From assembly GCA_050304615.1 (NCBI GenBank), contig JBNLDW010000002.1:1630-65629 (forward strand): DNA of 64,000 bases, in the 5' to 3' direction. The notes under the pieces were generated by a model. The model saw only the letters and a list, made by a program, of their open reading frames with translations. It made no database searches and was not told the origin of the DNA. A program made the translations under genes and the position numbers. Of the stretch, positions 56,416 to 64,000 are shown in pieces (within the stretch, counting starts at the first letter, position 1; the number at the start of each line of letters is the position of its first letter). The stretch comes from Sedimenticolaceae bacterium (GTDB lineage Bacteria > Pseudomonadota > Gammaproteobacteria > Chromatiales > Chromatiaceae).

Positions 56416-56759
56416 TGCGGTGGTTCTCCGCTGTCCTCTGCCAAATGGTCCACTATGGTCAGATCACACTTCTTGGTGCCAATGCGATGTGCAGCACGCG
56501 CCAATACGTGTGACGACAGCGGGTTAGTAGACAGAACAAATAGCGCAATCAACAGCAGCTTAGGCCACCACTCAAGTTGCAGGCAAGCGAGACCTATCAA
56601 GGTCAACAAGGTGCCGAGGGTGGTGGTCTTGGTGGCGGCCTGGATGCGGTTGAATACATCTGGCATGCGCACCAGCCCCACACCACCTAAAAACAGAAAC
56701 ACGGCTCCGAATAACAACAATAGTCCACCAAATAAATTAAGAGGGGTATCGGCAAACAT
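56412..56759 (-). CDS. MrpG/MnhG subunit
   Basis: GLVRMPDVFNRIQAATKTTTLG. Confidence 0.8.
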   Translation of the reverse strand: MFADTPLNLFGGLLLLFGAVFLFLGGVGLVRMPDVFNRIQAATKTTTLGTLLTLIGLACLQLEWWPKLLLIALFVLSTNPLSSHVLARAAHRIGTKKCDLTIVDHLAEDSGEPPQ

Positions 56760-57019
56760 TACAGCCCCCGCTCCAGATAGCGCGCCACGGCGATGACGCC
56801 AAGAAAGGAGAGAAATGCATAGACCAACGCCACATCAAGATAGATATTACGACCCTCGACCAAGGCCACCAGGATAATGCCAATGACTGAGAGGATGGTA
56901 AGCACGTCGAATGCCACCACCCGGTCCGGCGCCGTTGGACCGGTAAAAAAGCGCCACAGGGCAAGCAGGAAGGAAACTCCAGCCAGCGTAGCCGACAGGA
57001 AAACCAGCGCATCAACCAT
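56759..57019 (-). CDS. MrpF/MnhF subunit
   Basis: 86 aa, ...RFFTGPTAPDRVVAFD. Confidence 0.75.
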   Translation of the reverse strand: MVDALVFLSATLAGVSFLLALWRFFTGPTAPDRVVAFDVLTILSVIGIILVALVEGRNIYLDVALVYAFLSFLGVIAVARYLERGL

Positions 57020-57509
57020 ACATCACCTCAAGATAGCGCTCGAAACCGGCAACGATGGTAGCCGTTGCAACCTCAACATCATCTGATTCAACAGTTACCC
57101 AGTGGACGTAGAGCCATTCATCAATTAACTCAATGGTCAGCGTGCCCGGTGTCATGGTGATCGCATTGGCCAACAACTCCCGCCCCACTGGACTCTTAAG
57201 CTTGGTGCGTACCTTGACGATACCAGGATTCACCGGCAAAGATGGCGATATTATAATCGCGGCCATCCGCAGGTTTGATACAATCAATTCTTTGAAGAAA
57301 TAGAAAACGAAGATCACCGCGGCGCCTATGGCGCGAGGCGTGGCATTGAAGCCAGAGAGGACACTAATGCCGCGTTTATAAACCAGCGCAATCAGAAAAG
57401 AGGTGATAGCACCCACTATTAGTACATCAGGGGCCAAAGAAGCATTTAGCAGCAGCCAAAACAGGAGCAGGACTACGAACAACCGAATGAAATGTCGCGT
57501 TTTCTGCAT
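57012..57509 (-). CDS. MrpE/MnhE subunit
   Basis: 165 aa. N-terminal TM pair, ...WLLLN.S......VG, MTPGTL. Confidence 0.7.
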   Translation of the reverse strand: MQKTRHFIRLFVVLLLFWLLLNASLAPDVLIVGAITSFLIALVYKRGISVLSGFNATPRAIGAAVIFVFYFFKELIVSNLRMAAIIISPSLPVNPGIVKVRTKLKSPVGRELLANAITMTPGTLTIELIDEWLYVHWVTVESDDVEVATATIVAGFERYLEVMYG

Positions 57510-57623
57510 CCAACCCCCCCGTAGATAACTCAGCCTAATGGAAATATGTACTCACATAGTTTCCCCGGACATAAAGCTTTAAGTTGATCGTATTCGCGGT
57601 ATGAAAGCGATGACAAATATCAA

Positions 57624-58100
57624 TCAGCGCCTCTTCTGAAACACCTCCCCAAAGATAAGATCATACAACATAAGGGCGACACCAAGCACAATGGCTGAGT
57701 CGGCAACATTGAATGCCGGCCAGTGCCAGCCGGAGTAATAGAGATCGACAAAGTCGATGACATGGCCATAGATAACCCGGTCTATCAGATTACCCACTGC
57801 ACCGCCAATAATAAAGCTCAGCGCAACAGCGACCAGCTGCTCCTCTCTACCCAGTCGCCGTAGCCAGGAGATCAATACGGCAATTACTACTAGGGCCAAC
57901 AGAACAAAGAACCAGCGCTGCCATCCCCCCTGATCACTGAGGAAACTGAAGGCAGCCCCCTCGTTATAGACCAGGACTAAATTGAAGTATGGCAACACTG
58001 CCATGGATTCACGCAAGGCAAAGGCCGACTCCACCAACTGCTTGGTGAATTGATCCAGCGCAATAACCAGCAGGGACAACCACAGCCAACGGAACATCAT
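57624..58100 (-). CDS. lspA: Lipoprotein signal peptidase II
   Basis: DQ.TK, ...YN.GAAFSFL, GGA.GN..DR...G.V.DF, FN.AD. Confidence 0.93.
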   Translation of the reverse strand: MMFRWLWLSLLVIALDQFTKQLVESAFALRESMAVLPYFNLVLVYNEGAAFSFLSDQGGWQRWFFVLLALVVIAVLISWLRRLGREEQLVAVALSFIIGGAVGNLIDRVIYGHVIDFVDLYYSGWHWPAFNVADSAIVLGVALMLYDLIFGEVFQKRR

Positions 58101-60931
58101 CAGGCAAACCCTCTCGGCTCACCGTTGCCATCAATATTATCTACACAACGGCTACACAGTTGCGGATGGTCAGGATCGCCACCTACATCCTCACGATGAT
58201 GCCAGCAACGCTCGCACTTGGCGTAGCTGGACGCGGTTACCTGCACGAATAGTCCATCCATCTCTGTCCCTTTCGCTGCGGCTGGCTTCTCGGAAACCGG
58301 ATGCAACCTAGCATATGATGTGATCAGTACGAAGCGCAACTCATCCTGCAGCTTGGACAGGGCGGAATGTAGCTCGCCGTCGCAATATAGATCCACCTCA
58401 GCATCCAGCGAGGAGCCTATGGCGCCCTCCTTGCGAGCTGCTTCCAGCTGTTTGCTCACCTCGGTACGCACCTTAATGACCTGCCTCCAGAACGCATGAT
58501 CACAGGGACCGGCAACGTCCAGCTCAAGCAATCCCTCATACCAGGTCTGGGTAAATACCGTTGTCCCTTCGTCGTGCCCAGGGATATGCCGCCAGATCTC
58601 TTCTGCGGTAAAGCTTAGGATCGGCGCCAGCCAGCGCGCCATCGCCTCTACGATATGGTACATGGCAGTCTGACAGGAGCGCCGCGCCAAGCTATCCTCC
58701 TGGGTGGTGTACTGGCGATCCTTGATAATATCGAGATAGAACCCGCCCATCTCGTTGACACAGAAGTTCTGCACCTTTTGGTAGATTAGATGGAACTGGT
58801 AGTCACTATAGGCTGCAACAACCTCCTGCTGTAGCTGCCCCGCCCGATCCACTGCCCAGCGATCCAGTTCGAGCATATCAGCCGGGGCCACCAGATTCAG
58901 CTGTGGATCAAAGCCATTTAGATTGGCCAGCAGAAAACGGGTGGTGTTGCGAATACGGCGGTAGGCATCAGAGGTGCGCTTGAGGATCTCATCAGAAACA
59001 CTCATCTCCCCGCGATAATCGGTGGCCGCCACCCAGAGACGGATGATATCTGCCCCCAGGTTTTTCATCACCTTCTGTGGAGCAACCACGTTACCCCTCG
59101 ACTTGGACATCTTCTCGCCCTTCTCATCCACGGTAAAACCGTGGGTCAACACCTCCTTGTAGGGGGCGCTACCAGACATGGCAACCGAGGTCAGCAGGGA
59201 TGACTGAAACCAGCCGCGGTGTTGATCCGAGCCCTCCAGATAGAGGTCGGCAGGCGCATATAGTCCTTCCCTCTGCTCCAGCACACAGGCATGAGTCACG
59301 CCAGAGTCAAACCAGACATCCAGGGTGTCAGCCACCTTCTCATACTCTGCGGCGTCAGCTCCCAGTAGCTCCTCCGGCTGCAGCGAGAACCAGGCCTCTA
59401 CACCGGCCTGCTCCACCAGCGTTGCCACCTCTTCGATTAGCCGTGGGGTCTCTGGATGCAGCTCTCCGGTTGCCTTGTGTATAAACAGCGTGATTGGCAC
59501 ACCCCAGGTGCGTTGCCGGGAGATACACCAGTCGGGGCGTCCATCTACCATCCCCTCGATCCGAGCCCGCCCCCAATCCGGTAACCATTTGACCTTGCCA
59601 ATCTCTTGCATTGCCGCCTGACGCAAGCCGTTCTGCTCCATCCCGATAAACCACTGTGGGGTGGCGCGAAAGATGATGGGGGTCTTGTGACGCCAGCAGT
59701 GTGGATAGCTGTGGGTAAGGCGTGCCTGCTGAATAAGCGTGCCCCTCTCCTGCAGGGTGGCTATCACCTTCTCATTGGCCTTGAACACATACTCACCGGC
59801 AAACAACTCCGTGCCCTCGACAAAACAGCCGCTACCGTCCACCGGATTATCTACCGGCAGGTTGTAACGCTGACCAACAATAAAGTCGTCCACACCGTGA
59901 CCCGGAGCAGTATGGACAGCCCCGGTACCAGCATCCAGGGTGACATGCTCACCGAGGATGACCGGCACCTCGCGCGCATAAAAACAGTGTTGTAGCTTTA
60001 GCCCCTCAAAGGCGGAACCCAGACCAGAGGCGATAATCTGGTACTCCTCAATCCCCCAGCGATCCACGGTCGCTTGCAGCAAGCCCTTGGCCAACAACAG
60101 GCGTTCTTTGCCGTTGGCGCCATCGTGCTGTATTAGTACATACTCCAGATCACCATTCAGGGCCACCGCCTGGTTGGCCGGTAGTGTCCATGGGGTGGTG
60201 GTCCAGATCGCCATGGAGATGGGGCCTTCTCCCACCCCTGCTGAAACGTTATCGCAACGCGCCAACAGCTCATCTGGATCGAGCACCAGAAAGCGCACAT
60301 CAATGGCGAATGACTCCTTGTCCTCATACTCCACCTCAGCCTCAGCCAGGGCGGAGCCGCAATCGGTACACCAGTGGACTGGCTTGTAGCCCTTCTGCAC
60401 ATGCCCATTCTCTACGATACGTCCGAGGGAACGGATGATCTCTGCCTCAAACCCAAAATCCATTGTCAGGTAGGGATTCTCCCACTCACCCAACACCCCC
60501 AGACGCTTAAAATCCAGACGCTGCCGCTCCACCTGCTTGGCGGCGTAATCACGACACGCCTCACGAAACCCAGCGGCGCTCACCTTGCGTCCAGGCTTGC
60601 CGATCTTCTTTTCCACCTGCAGCTCTATCGGCAGACCATGGCAGTCCCAACCAGGCACATATGGGGCATCAAAACCATCCAGAGTACGGCTCTTTACAAT
60701 AATATCCTTCAACACCTTGTTGACGGCATGGCCAATATGGATCTCCCCATTGGCATATGGAGGACCATCATGCAGGATAAATTTAGGCCGTCCGGCACAG
60801 GCCTCACGGATCTGCTGATATAGCCCAGACTCCTCCCACTGCCGTAGCATCTCAGGCTCACGCTGCGCCAGACTGCCCTTCATCGGAAAGGTGGTTTTTG
60901 GAAGGTTCAGGGTATCTTTATAATCGGTCAC
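58100..60931 (-). CDS. ileS: Isoleucine--tRNA ligase
   Basis: [20 protein letters not shown] variant [16 protein letters not shown], and a C-terminal Zn-finger (CxxC). Confidence 0.97.
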   Translation of the reverse strand: MTDYKDTLNLPKTTFPMKGSLAQREPEMLRQWEESGLYQQIREACAGRPKFILHDGPPYANGEIHIGHAVNKVLKDIIVKSRTLDGFDAPYVPGWDCHGLPIELQVEKKIGKPGRKVSAAGFREACRDYAAKQVERQRLDFKRLGVLGEWENPYLTMDFGFEAEIIRSLGRIVENGHVQKGYKPVHWCTDCGSALAEAEVEYEDKESFAIDVRFLVLDPDELLARCDNVSAGVGEGPISMAIWTTTPWTLPANQAVALNGDLEYVLIQHDGANGKERLLLAKGLLQATVDRWGIEEYQIIASGLGSAFEGLKLQHCFYAREVPVILGEHVTLDAGTGAVHTAPGHGVDDFIVGQRYNLPVDNPVDGSGCFVEGTELFAGEYVFKANEKVIATLQERGTLIQQARLTHSYPHCWRHKTPIIFRATPQWFIGMEQNGLRQAAMQEIGKVKWLPDWGRARIEGMVDGRPDWCISRQRTWGVPITLFIHKATGELHPETPRLIEEVATLVEQAGVEAWFSLQPEELLGADAAEYEKVADTLDVWFDSGVTHACVLEQREGLYAPADLYLEGSDQHRGWFQSSLLTSVAMSGSAPYKEVLTHGFTVDEKGEKMSKSRGNVVAPQKVMKNLGADIIRLWVAATDYRGEMSVSDEILKRTSDAYRRIRNTTRFLLANLNGFDPQLNLVAPADMLELDRWAVDRAGQLQQEVVAAYSDYQFHLIYQKVQNFCVNEMGGFYLDIIKDRQYTTQEDSLARRSCQTAMYHIVEAMARWLAPILSFTAEEIWRHIPGHDEGTTVFTQTWYEGLLELDVAGPCDHAFWRQVIKVRTEVSKQLEAARKEGAIGSSLDAEVDLYCDGELHSALSKLQDELRFVLITSYARLHPVSEKPAAAKGTEMDGLFVQVTASSYAKCERCWHHREDVGGDPDHPQLCSRCVDNIDGNGEPRGFA

Positions 60932-60943
60932 TACTACTCCTCA

Positions 60944-61873
60944 TCAGGTATCGCTAAAATACTCCCGTGCCGCAGCAACATCCAACTTGATCTGTTGACC
61001 CAGCTGCTCAAGGGATTCGAAGCGCTGCTCCGGCCGCAGTTTTTTGCAGAACTCCACCTCTAAATGCTTACCATAGATATTGCGGGAAAAGTCAAATAGA
61101 TGCACCTCCAGCAGATGACGGTCATCACCATCCACCGTAGGGCGGTTGCCGATATTGGCCACCCCCGATCTTGGCTCACCCAGCCCATAGACCATCACGG
61201 CGTAGACCCCGTGCAGTGGACTCACCCTGCGATGCAGGTTGAGATTGGCTGTAGGGAACCCTATGGCGCGCCCCCTCTCGTCCCCGTGGGCCACGCGCCC
61301 ACATATGCGGTAGGGGCGGCCAAGATTATGTTCCGCCACCCGCATGTCTCCACGAGAGAGTGCCTCACGGATCCGGGTACTGCTAACCCGCTCCTCTCCC
61401 AGTAGAAAGGTATTCATATTCTCTACGATAAAGGCGTGCTGATGCCCCACCTGGCGTAACATCTCTATATCACCGGCACGCTCCCGACCAAACCTGAAGT
61501 CATCGCCCACAAAGAGGTACCTGACCCCCAGGCCATCCACCAGTAGCTCCTGCACAAAATCGCCAGCCTCCATGGCGGCCATCTTGGCCCCGAACTCCAG
61601 TAGCACCACCCGATTGATCCCGGCATCCTTGATCGCCTTCAGCTTCTCCCTCATCCTTGTCAGCCTGGCCGGTGCATCCTGAGGGGCAAAGAACTCCATC
61701 GGCTGTGGCTCAAAGGTAACTACCGCAGTGGGCAGGCCCAAGTCCGCCCCCCTCTCCCGCAGGTGGCGAAATACCGCCTGATGGCCGAGGTGCACCCCAT
61801 CAAAATTACCGATGGTGGCCACGCAACCCCGATGCTCAGGACGTAAATTGTGTAAACCGCGAATAATCTGCAT
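60944..61873 (-). CDS. ribF: Bifunctional riboflavin kinase / FMN adenylyltransferase
   Basis: IGNFDGVHLGHQ, RISST.IR, GFPTANL. Start trimmed to 61873. Confidence 0.93.
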   Translation of the reverse strand: MQIIRGLHNLRPEHRGCVATIGNFDGVHLGHQAVFRHLRERGADLGLPTAVVTFEPQPMEFFAPQDAPARLTRMREKLKAIKDAGINRVVLLEFGAKMAAMEAGDFVQELLVDGLGVRYLFVGDDFRFGRERAGDIEMLRQVGHQHAFIVENMNTFLLGEERVSSTRIREALSRGDMRVAEHNLGRPYRICGRVAHGDERGRAIGFPTANLNLHRRVSPLHGVYAVMVYGLGEPRSGVANIGNRPTVDGDDRHLLEVHLFDFSRNIYGKHLEVEFCKKLRPEQRFESLEQLGQQIKLDVAAAREYFSDT

Positions 61874-61920
61874 GGAAACCGAATAAATCCAAAACCGTGA
61901 ATTATATGTGAAGTTCCCGA

Positions 61921-63474
61921 TCAAGTCCCTTTCTGAATGGTTTCGTGTGCCAGAAAATGGTTACGCCGAATGCCCAACAGATAGAGCACAATAAAATAGA
62001 TGGCCCCTCCGGCCAAAACCCAGCCAAGCAGGGCCAGGGCGCGCTCCCATATGCTGGTACCGAGCCAGCTATCCAGACTGCCCACGCCCCAGTAGAGCAG
62101 CAGCCCCATCGCAACCGAGGCAACCAGTCCGCGCAGTATGAGCCAGCCCCAATCCGACTCGGGGTGATAAACCCCCTCCCGACGCAGGCCACGAAACAGC
62201 AGGGTAGCATTGAGGCAGGCGGAGAGTGTGGTGGCCAACGCCAGTCCAGCATGGGCCAAAGGGAAGACCAGGATGATATTGAGCACCATATTGGTGACCA
62301 TGGATATGACAGCGATCTTGACCGGGGTCTTGGTATCCTGCCGCGCGTAGTAACCGGGGGCCAACACCTTGATCAGGATAAACGGCACCAGCCCCAGAGA
62401 GTAGGCCATGAGGCTGCGCTGCGACATGGCCACATCGGTCGCATCGAATACCGCCGATTGGAATAGTGTGGCGATCATTGGGCCTGCCAACAGCAATAAT
62501 CCGACGGCCGCCGGTAGCCCCAGTAGCAACACCCAGCGCAGCGCCCAGTTCAACGTCTGGGAGAATCCCTCGGTAGACTCTGCGGCATGTTTATGTGACA
62601 GGCTGGGCAGAATAACCGTGGCCAGGGCGATCCCCAGGATGCCCAGGGGGAACTCCATCAGCCGGTCGGAGTAATAGAGCCAGGAGATAGATCCCTCCTG
62701 CAGAAAAGAGGCGATCAACACATCCAGTAGCAGATTTATCTGGGTGACAGAGACCCCAAATATGGCCGGCAACATCAGTTTCATGATGCGCCGCACTCCC
62801 TCATCTTTGGGCGCAAAGCGAAATCTTGGCAGTAGTTTCAATTGCTGCAAAAAAGGCAGCTGAAACGCAAACTGGAGGATACCGGCAATCAGCACCCCCC
62901 AGGCCAGGGCGGTGATAGGCTCGGTCATCAAGGGCGACAACCAGAGGGCAGAGACAATCAGTACCACGTTTAGCAGTACCGGGGTGAAGGCAGAAACACC
63001 AAAACGGCCGTATGTGTTGAGTATTCCCCCGGCAAAGGCGGTTAGGGAAATAAATAGGAGATAGGGAAATGTGAGCCGTAACATATCAGCGGCCAACTCT
63101 AGTTTCCCCTCGGTACCGATAAAACCGGGGGCAAACAGCATCACCAATAGCGGCGCCCCCAGTACCCCGATCAGGGTGACTATAAGTAGTATCCCACCCA
63201 GGGTACCGGCTACATGGTCGACCAGCTGTTTTAGCTCAGGAAAACTGCGCTTGCCCTTGTATTCGGCCAAGATCGGAATAAAGGCGACCGAAAATGAGCC
63301 CTCAGCAAACAGGCGGCGCCAGAAATTTGGGATCTTGAAGGCGACAAAAAAGGCATCCGTCTTGGCATCGGCACCAAATACATGCGCCAATACCAGATCG
63401 CGCGCGAAACCGAGCAACCGCGAAAGCAGGGTGTTAGAGCCGACCTTGGTCAGCGATTTCAATAGAGAGGCCAG
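61921..63474 (-). CDS. murJ: Lipid II flippase MurJ (MviN)
   Basis: LLKSLTKVGSNTLLSRLLGFARD... is a classic MurJ N-terminus. There is no in-frame ATG here. Start is probably the CTG at 63474 (aagga 7 nt upstream) or the TTG at 63462. Confidence 0.85.
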   Translation of the reverse strand: MASLLKSLTKVGSNTLLSRLLGFARDLVLAHVFGADAKTDAFFVAFKIPNFWRRLFAEGSFSVAFIPILAEYKGKRSFPELKQLVDHVAGTLGGILLIVTLIGVLGAPLLVMLFAPGFIGTEGKLELAADMLRLTFPYLLFISLTAFAGGILNTYGRFGVSAFTPVLLNVVLIVSALWLSPLMTEPITALAWGVLIAGILQFAFQLPFLQQLKLLPRFRFAPKDEGVRRIMKLMLPAIFGVSVTQINLLLDVLIASFLQEGSISWLYYSDRLMEFPLGILGIALATVILPSLSHKHAAESTEGFSQTLNWALRWVLLLGLPAAVGLLLLAGPMIATLFQSAVFDATDVAMSQRSLMAYSLGLVPFILIKVLAPGYYARQDTKTPVKIAVISMVTNMVLNIILVFPLAHAGLALATTLSACLNATLLFRGLRREGVYHPESDWGWLILRGLVASVAMGLLLYWGVGSLDSWLGTSIWERALALLGWVLAGGAIYFIVLYLLGIRRNHFLAHETIQKGT

Positions 63475-63569
63475 GTTGTTGTCCTTACGATCATTAGATA
63501 TTTGCCATATCCTGACACAGTAGACGGAAATGTCTATGTTAAGGAGGATCTTATCAAGACTGTCTGTTC

Positions 63570-63620
63570 CACTCCCCCTCCTCACCTCCCCCGTAAACGG
63601 GGGAGGGATGTGAGAGCAGG
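63570..63620. repeat. REP-like palindromic element related to the 1905-2031 array
   Basis: actccccctcctcacctcccccgtaaacgggggagg compared with tactccccctcctcgcctcccccactagtgggggagg. Confidence 0.65.
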
Positions 63621-63751
63621 CGCAACATGTAGGGGTAGAGGCCAATCGGCATCCCTCAATCCTGGGCGGAACTCACTATTGACAAATAGGGCTCCAGCCC
63701 GCAAAATGCTGCGTTCTTTTAGGCATTAACCCTATTTTTTGGAGATCGATT

Positions 63752-64000
63752 TTGGCCAATACTTTACAAGCCCGCAAACGCGCACGGCAGGCAGAAAAGC
63801 ATCGCCAGCACAACAGTGCCCAGCGTAGCGCCATGCGCACCACGGTTAAGAACGTGGTAAAAGCAATTGATGCTGGCAACAAGGAAGCTGCTACCGAGGC
63901 TTATAAGCTGGCGGTTCCAGTGCTGGACCGCGCTGCCAATCGTGGTCTAATCCACAAGAACAAGGCTGCTCGTCATAAGAGCCGACTGAATACGCAGATA
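63752..64000 (+). CDS. rpsT: 30S ribosomal protein S20, 3' end cut by window edge
   Basis: (M)[20 protein letters not shown]...RT..K.V..AI..G.K..A.....[26 protein letters not shown] start with ggaga 6 nt upstream. Confidence 0.9.
   Translation, partial: MANTLQARKRARQAEKHRQHNSAQRSAMRTTVKNVVKAIDAGNKEAATEAYKLAVPVLDRAANRGLIHKNKAARHKSRLNTQI

Noticed and set aside
51985-56527. Many short ORFs on both strands within the antiporter-like and Mrp genes
   Set aside because: They overlap strongly hydrophobic, family-recognisable frames and show no independent support.
63475-63645. Long N-terminal extension of murJ from the ATG at 63645
   Set aside because: It would translate through the REP-like hairpin at 63570-63620, and it precedes the conserved MurJ N-terminus.

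Overview
This 64-kb window looks like gammaproteobacterial chromosome. The backbone is housekeeping: ilvD/argA, pyrC-like/gloB/hisI, nadC-DUF1631-ampD, ndk, lspA-ileS-ribF, murJ/rpsT. Several accessory modules interrupt it.

(1) The most interesting is a 13-gene minus-strand operon at 46367-57509. It combines Mrp antiporter subunits (E, F, G, DUF4040, B, C and a fused double antiporter-like protein) with NuoH/B/C/D-like subunits, in the order of archaeal mbxABCDFGHH'MJKLN (MBX/MBS). The NuoI-like subunit is fused to a GltD/SudA-type NAD(P)H flavoprotein. The NuoD-like subunit keeps only the N-terminal CxxC of the [NiFe] site. The NuoB-like subunit has a single Cys where complex I has a Cys-Cys pair.

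(2) A visibly AT-richer type I secretion island lies at about 10.4-18.6 kb. It encodes HlyB with an apparently inactive C39-like domain, HlyD, an unknown 2-TM protein, and a 1317-aa RTX protein. The RTX protein carries a FrpC-like Asp-Pro self-processing module and three near-identical 489-bp tandem repeats.

(3) A tightly coupled DUF1538-DUF1538-PII-like-CBS cassette is translationally coupled to ampD.

(4) A cytoplasmic signalling cluster encodes FIST, a histidine kinase, a REC-TPR protein and a second kinase-like protein.

(5) A DUF4405/DUF4242/membrane-anchored di-haem peroxidase/Crp-Fnr module has a CRP-type palindrome upstream.

Intergenic regions carry several repeat families: a perfect 78-bp MITE-like pair flanking a PEP-CTERM-type gene remnant, a 28-bp palindromic tandem array, a hairpin repeat with compensatory changes, and a MITE with apparent target-site duplication. 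There are two ankyrin-repeat proteins. I recognised no rRNA, tRNA, CRISPR array, integrase or transposase gene. All homology statements come from reading the translations, not from database searches.
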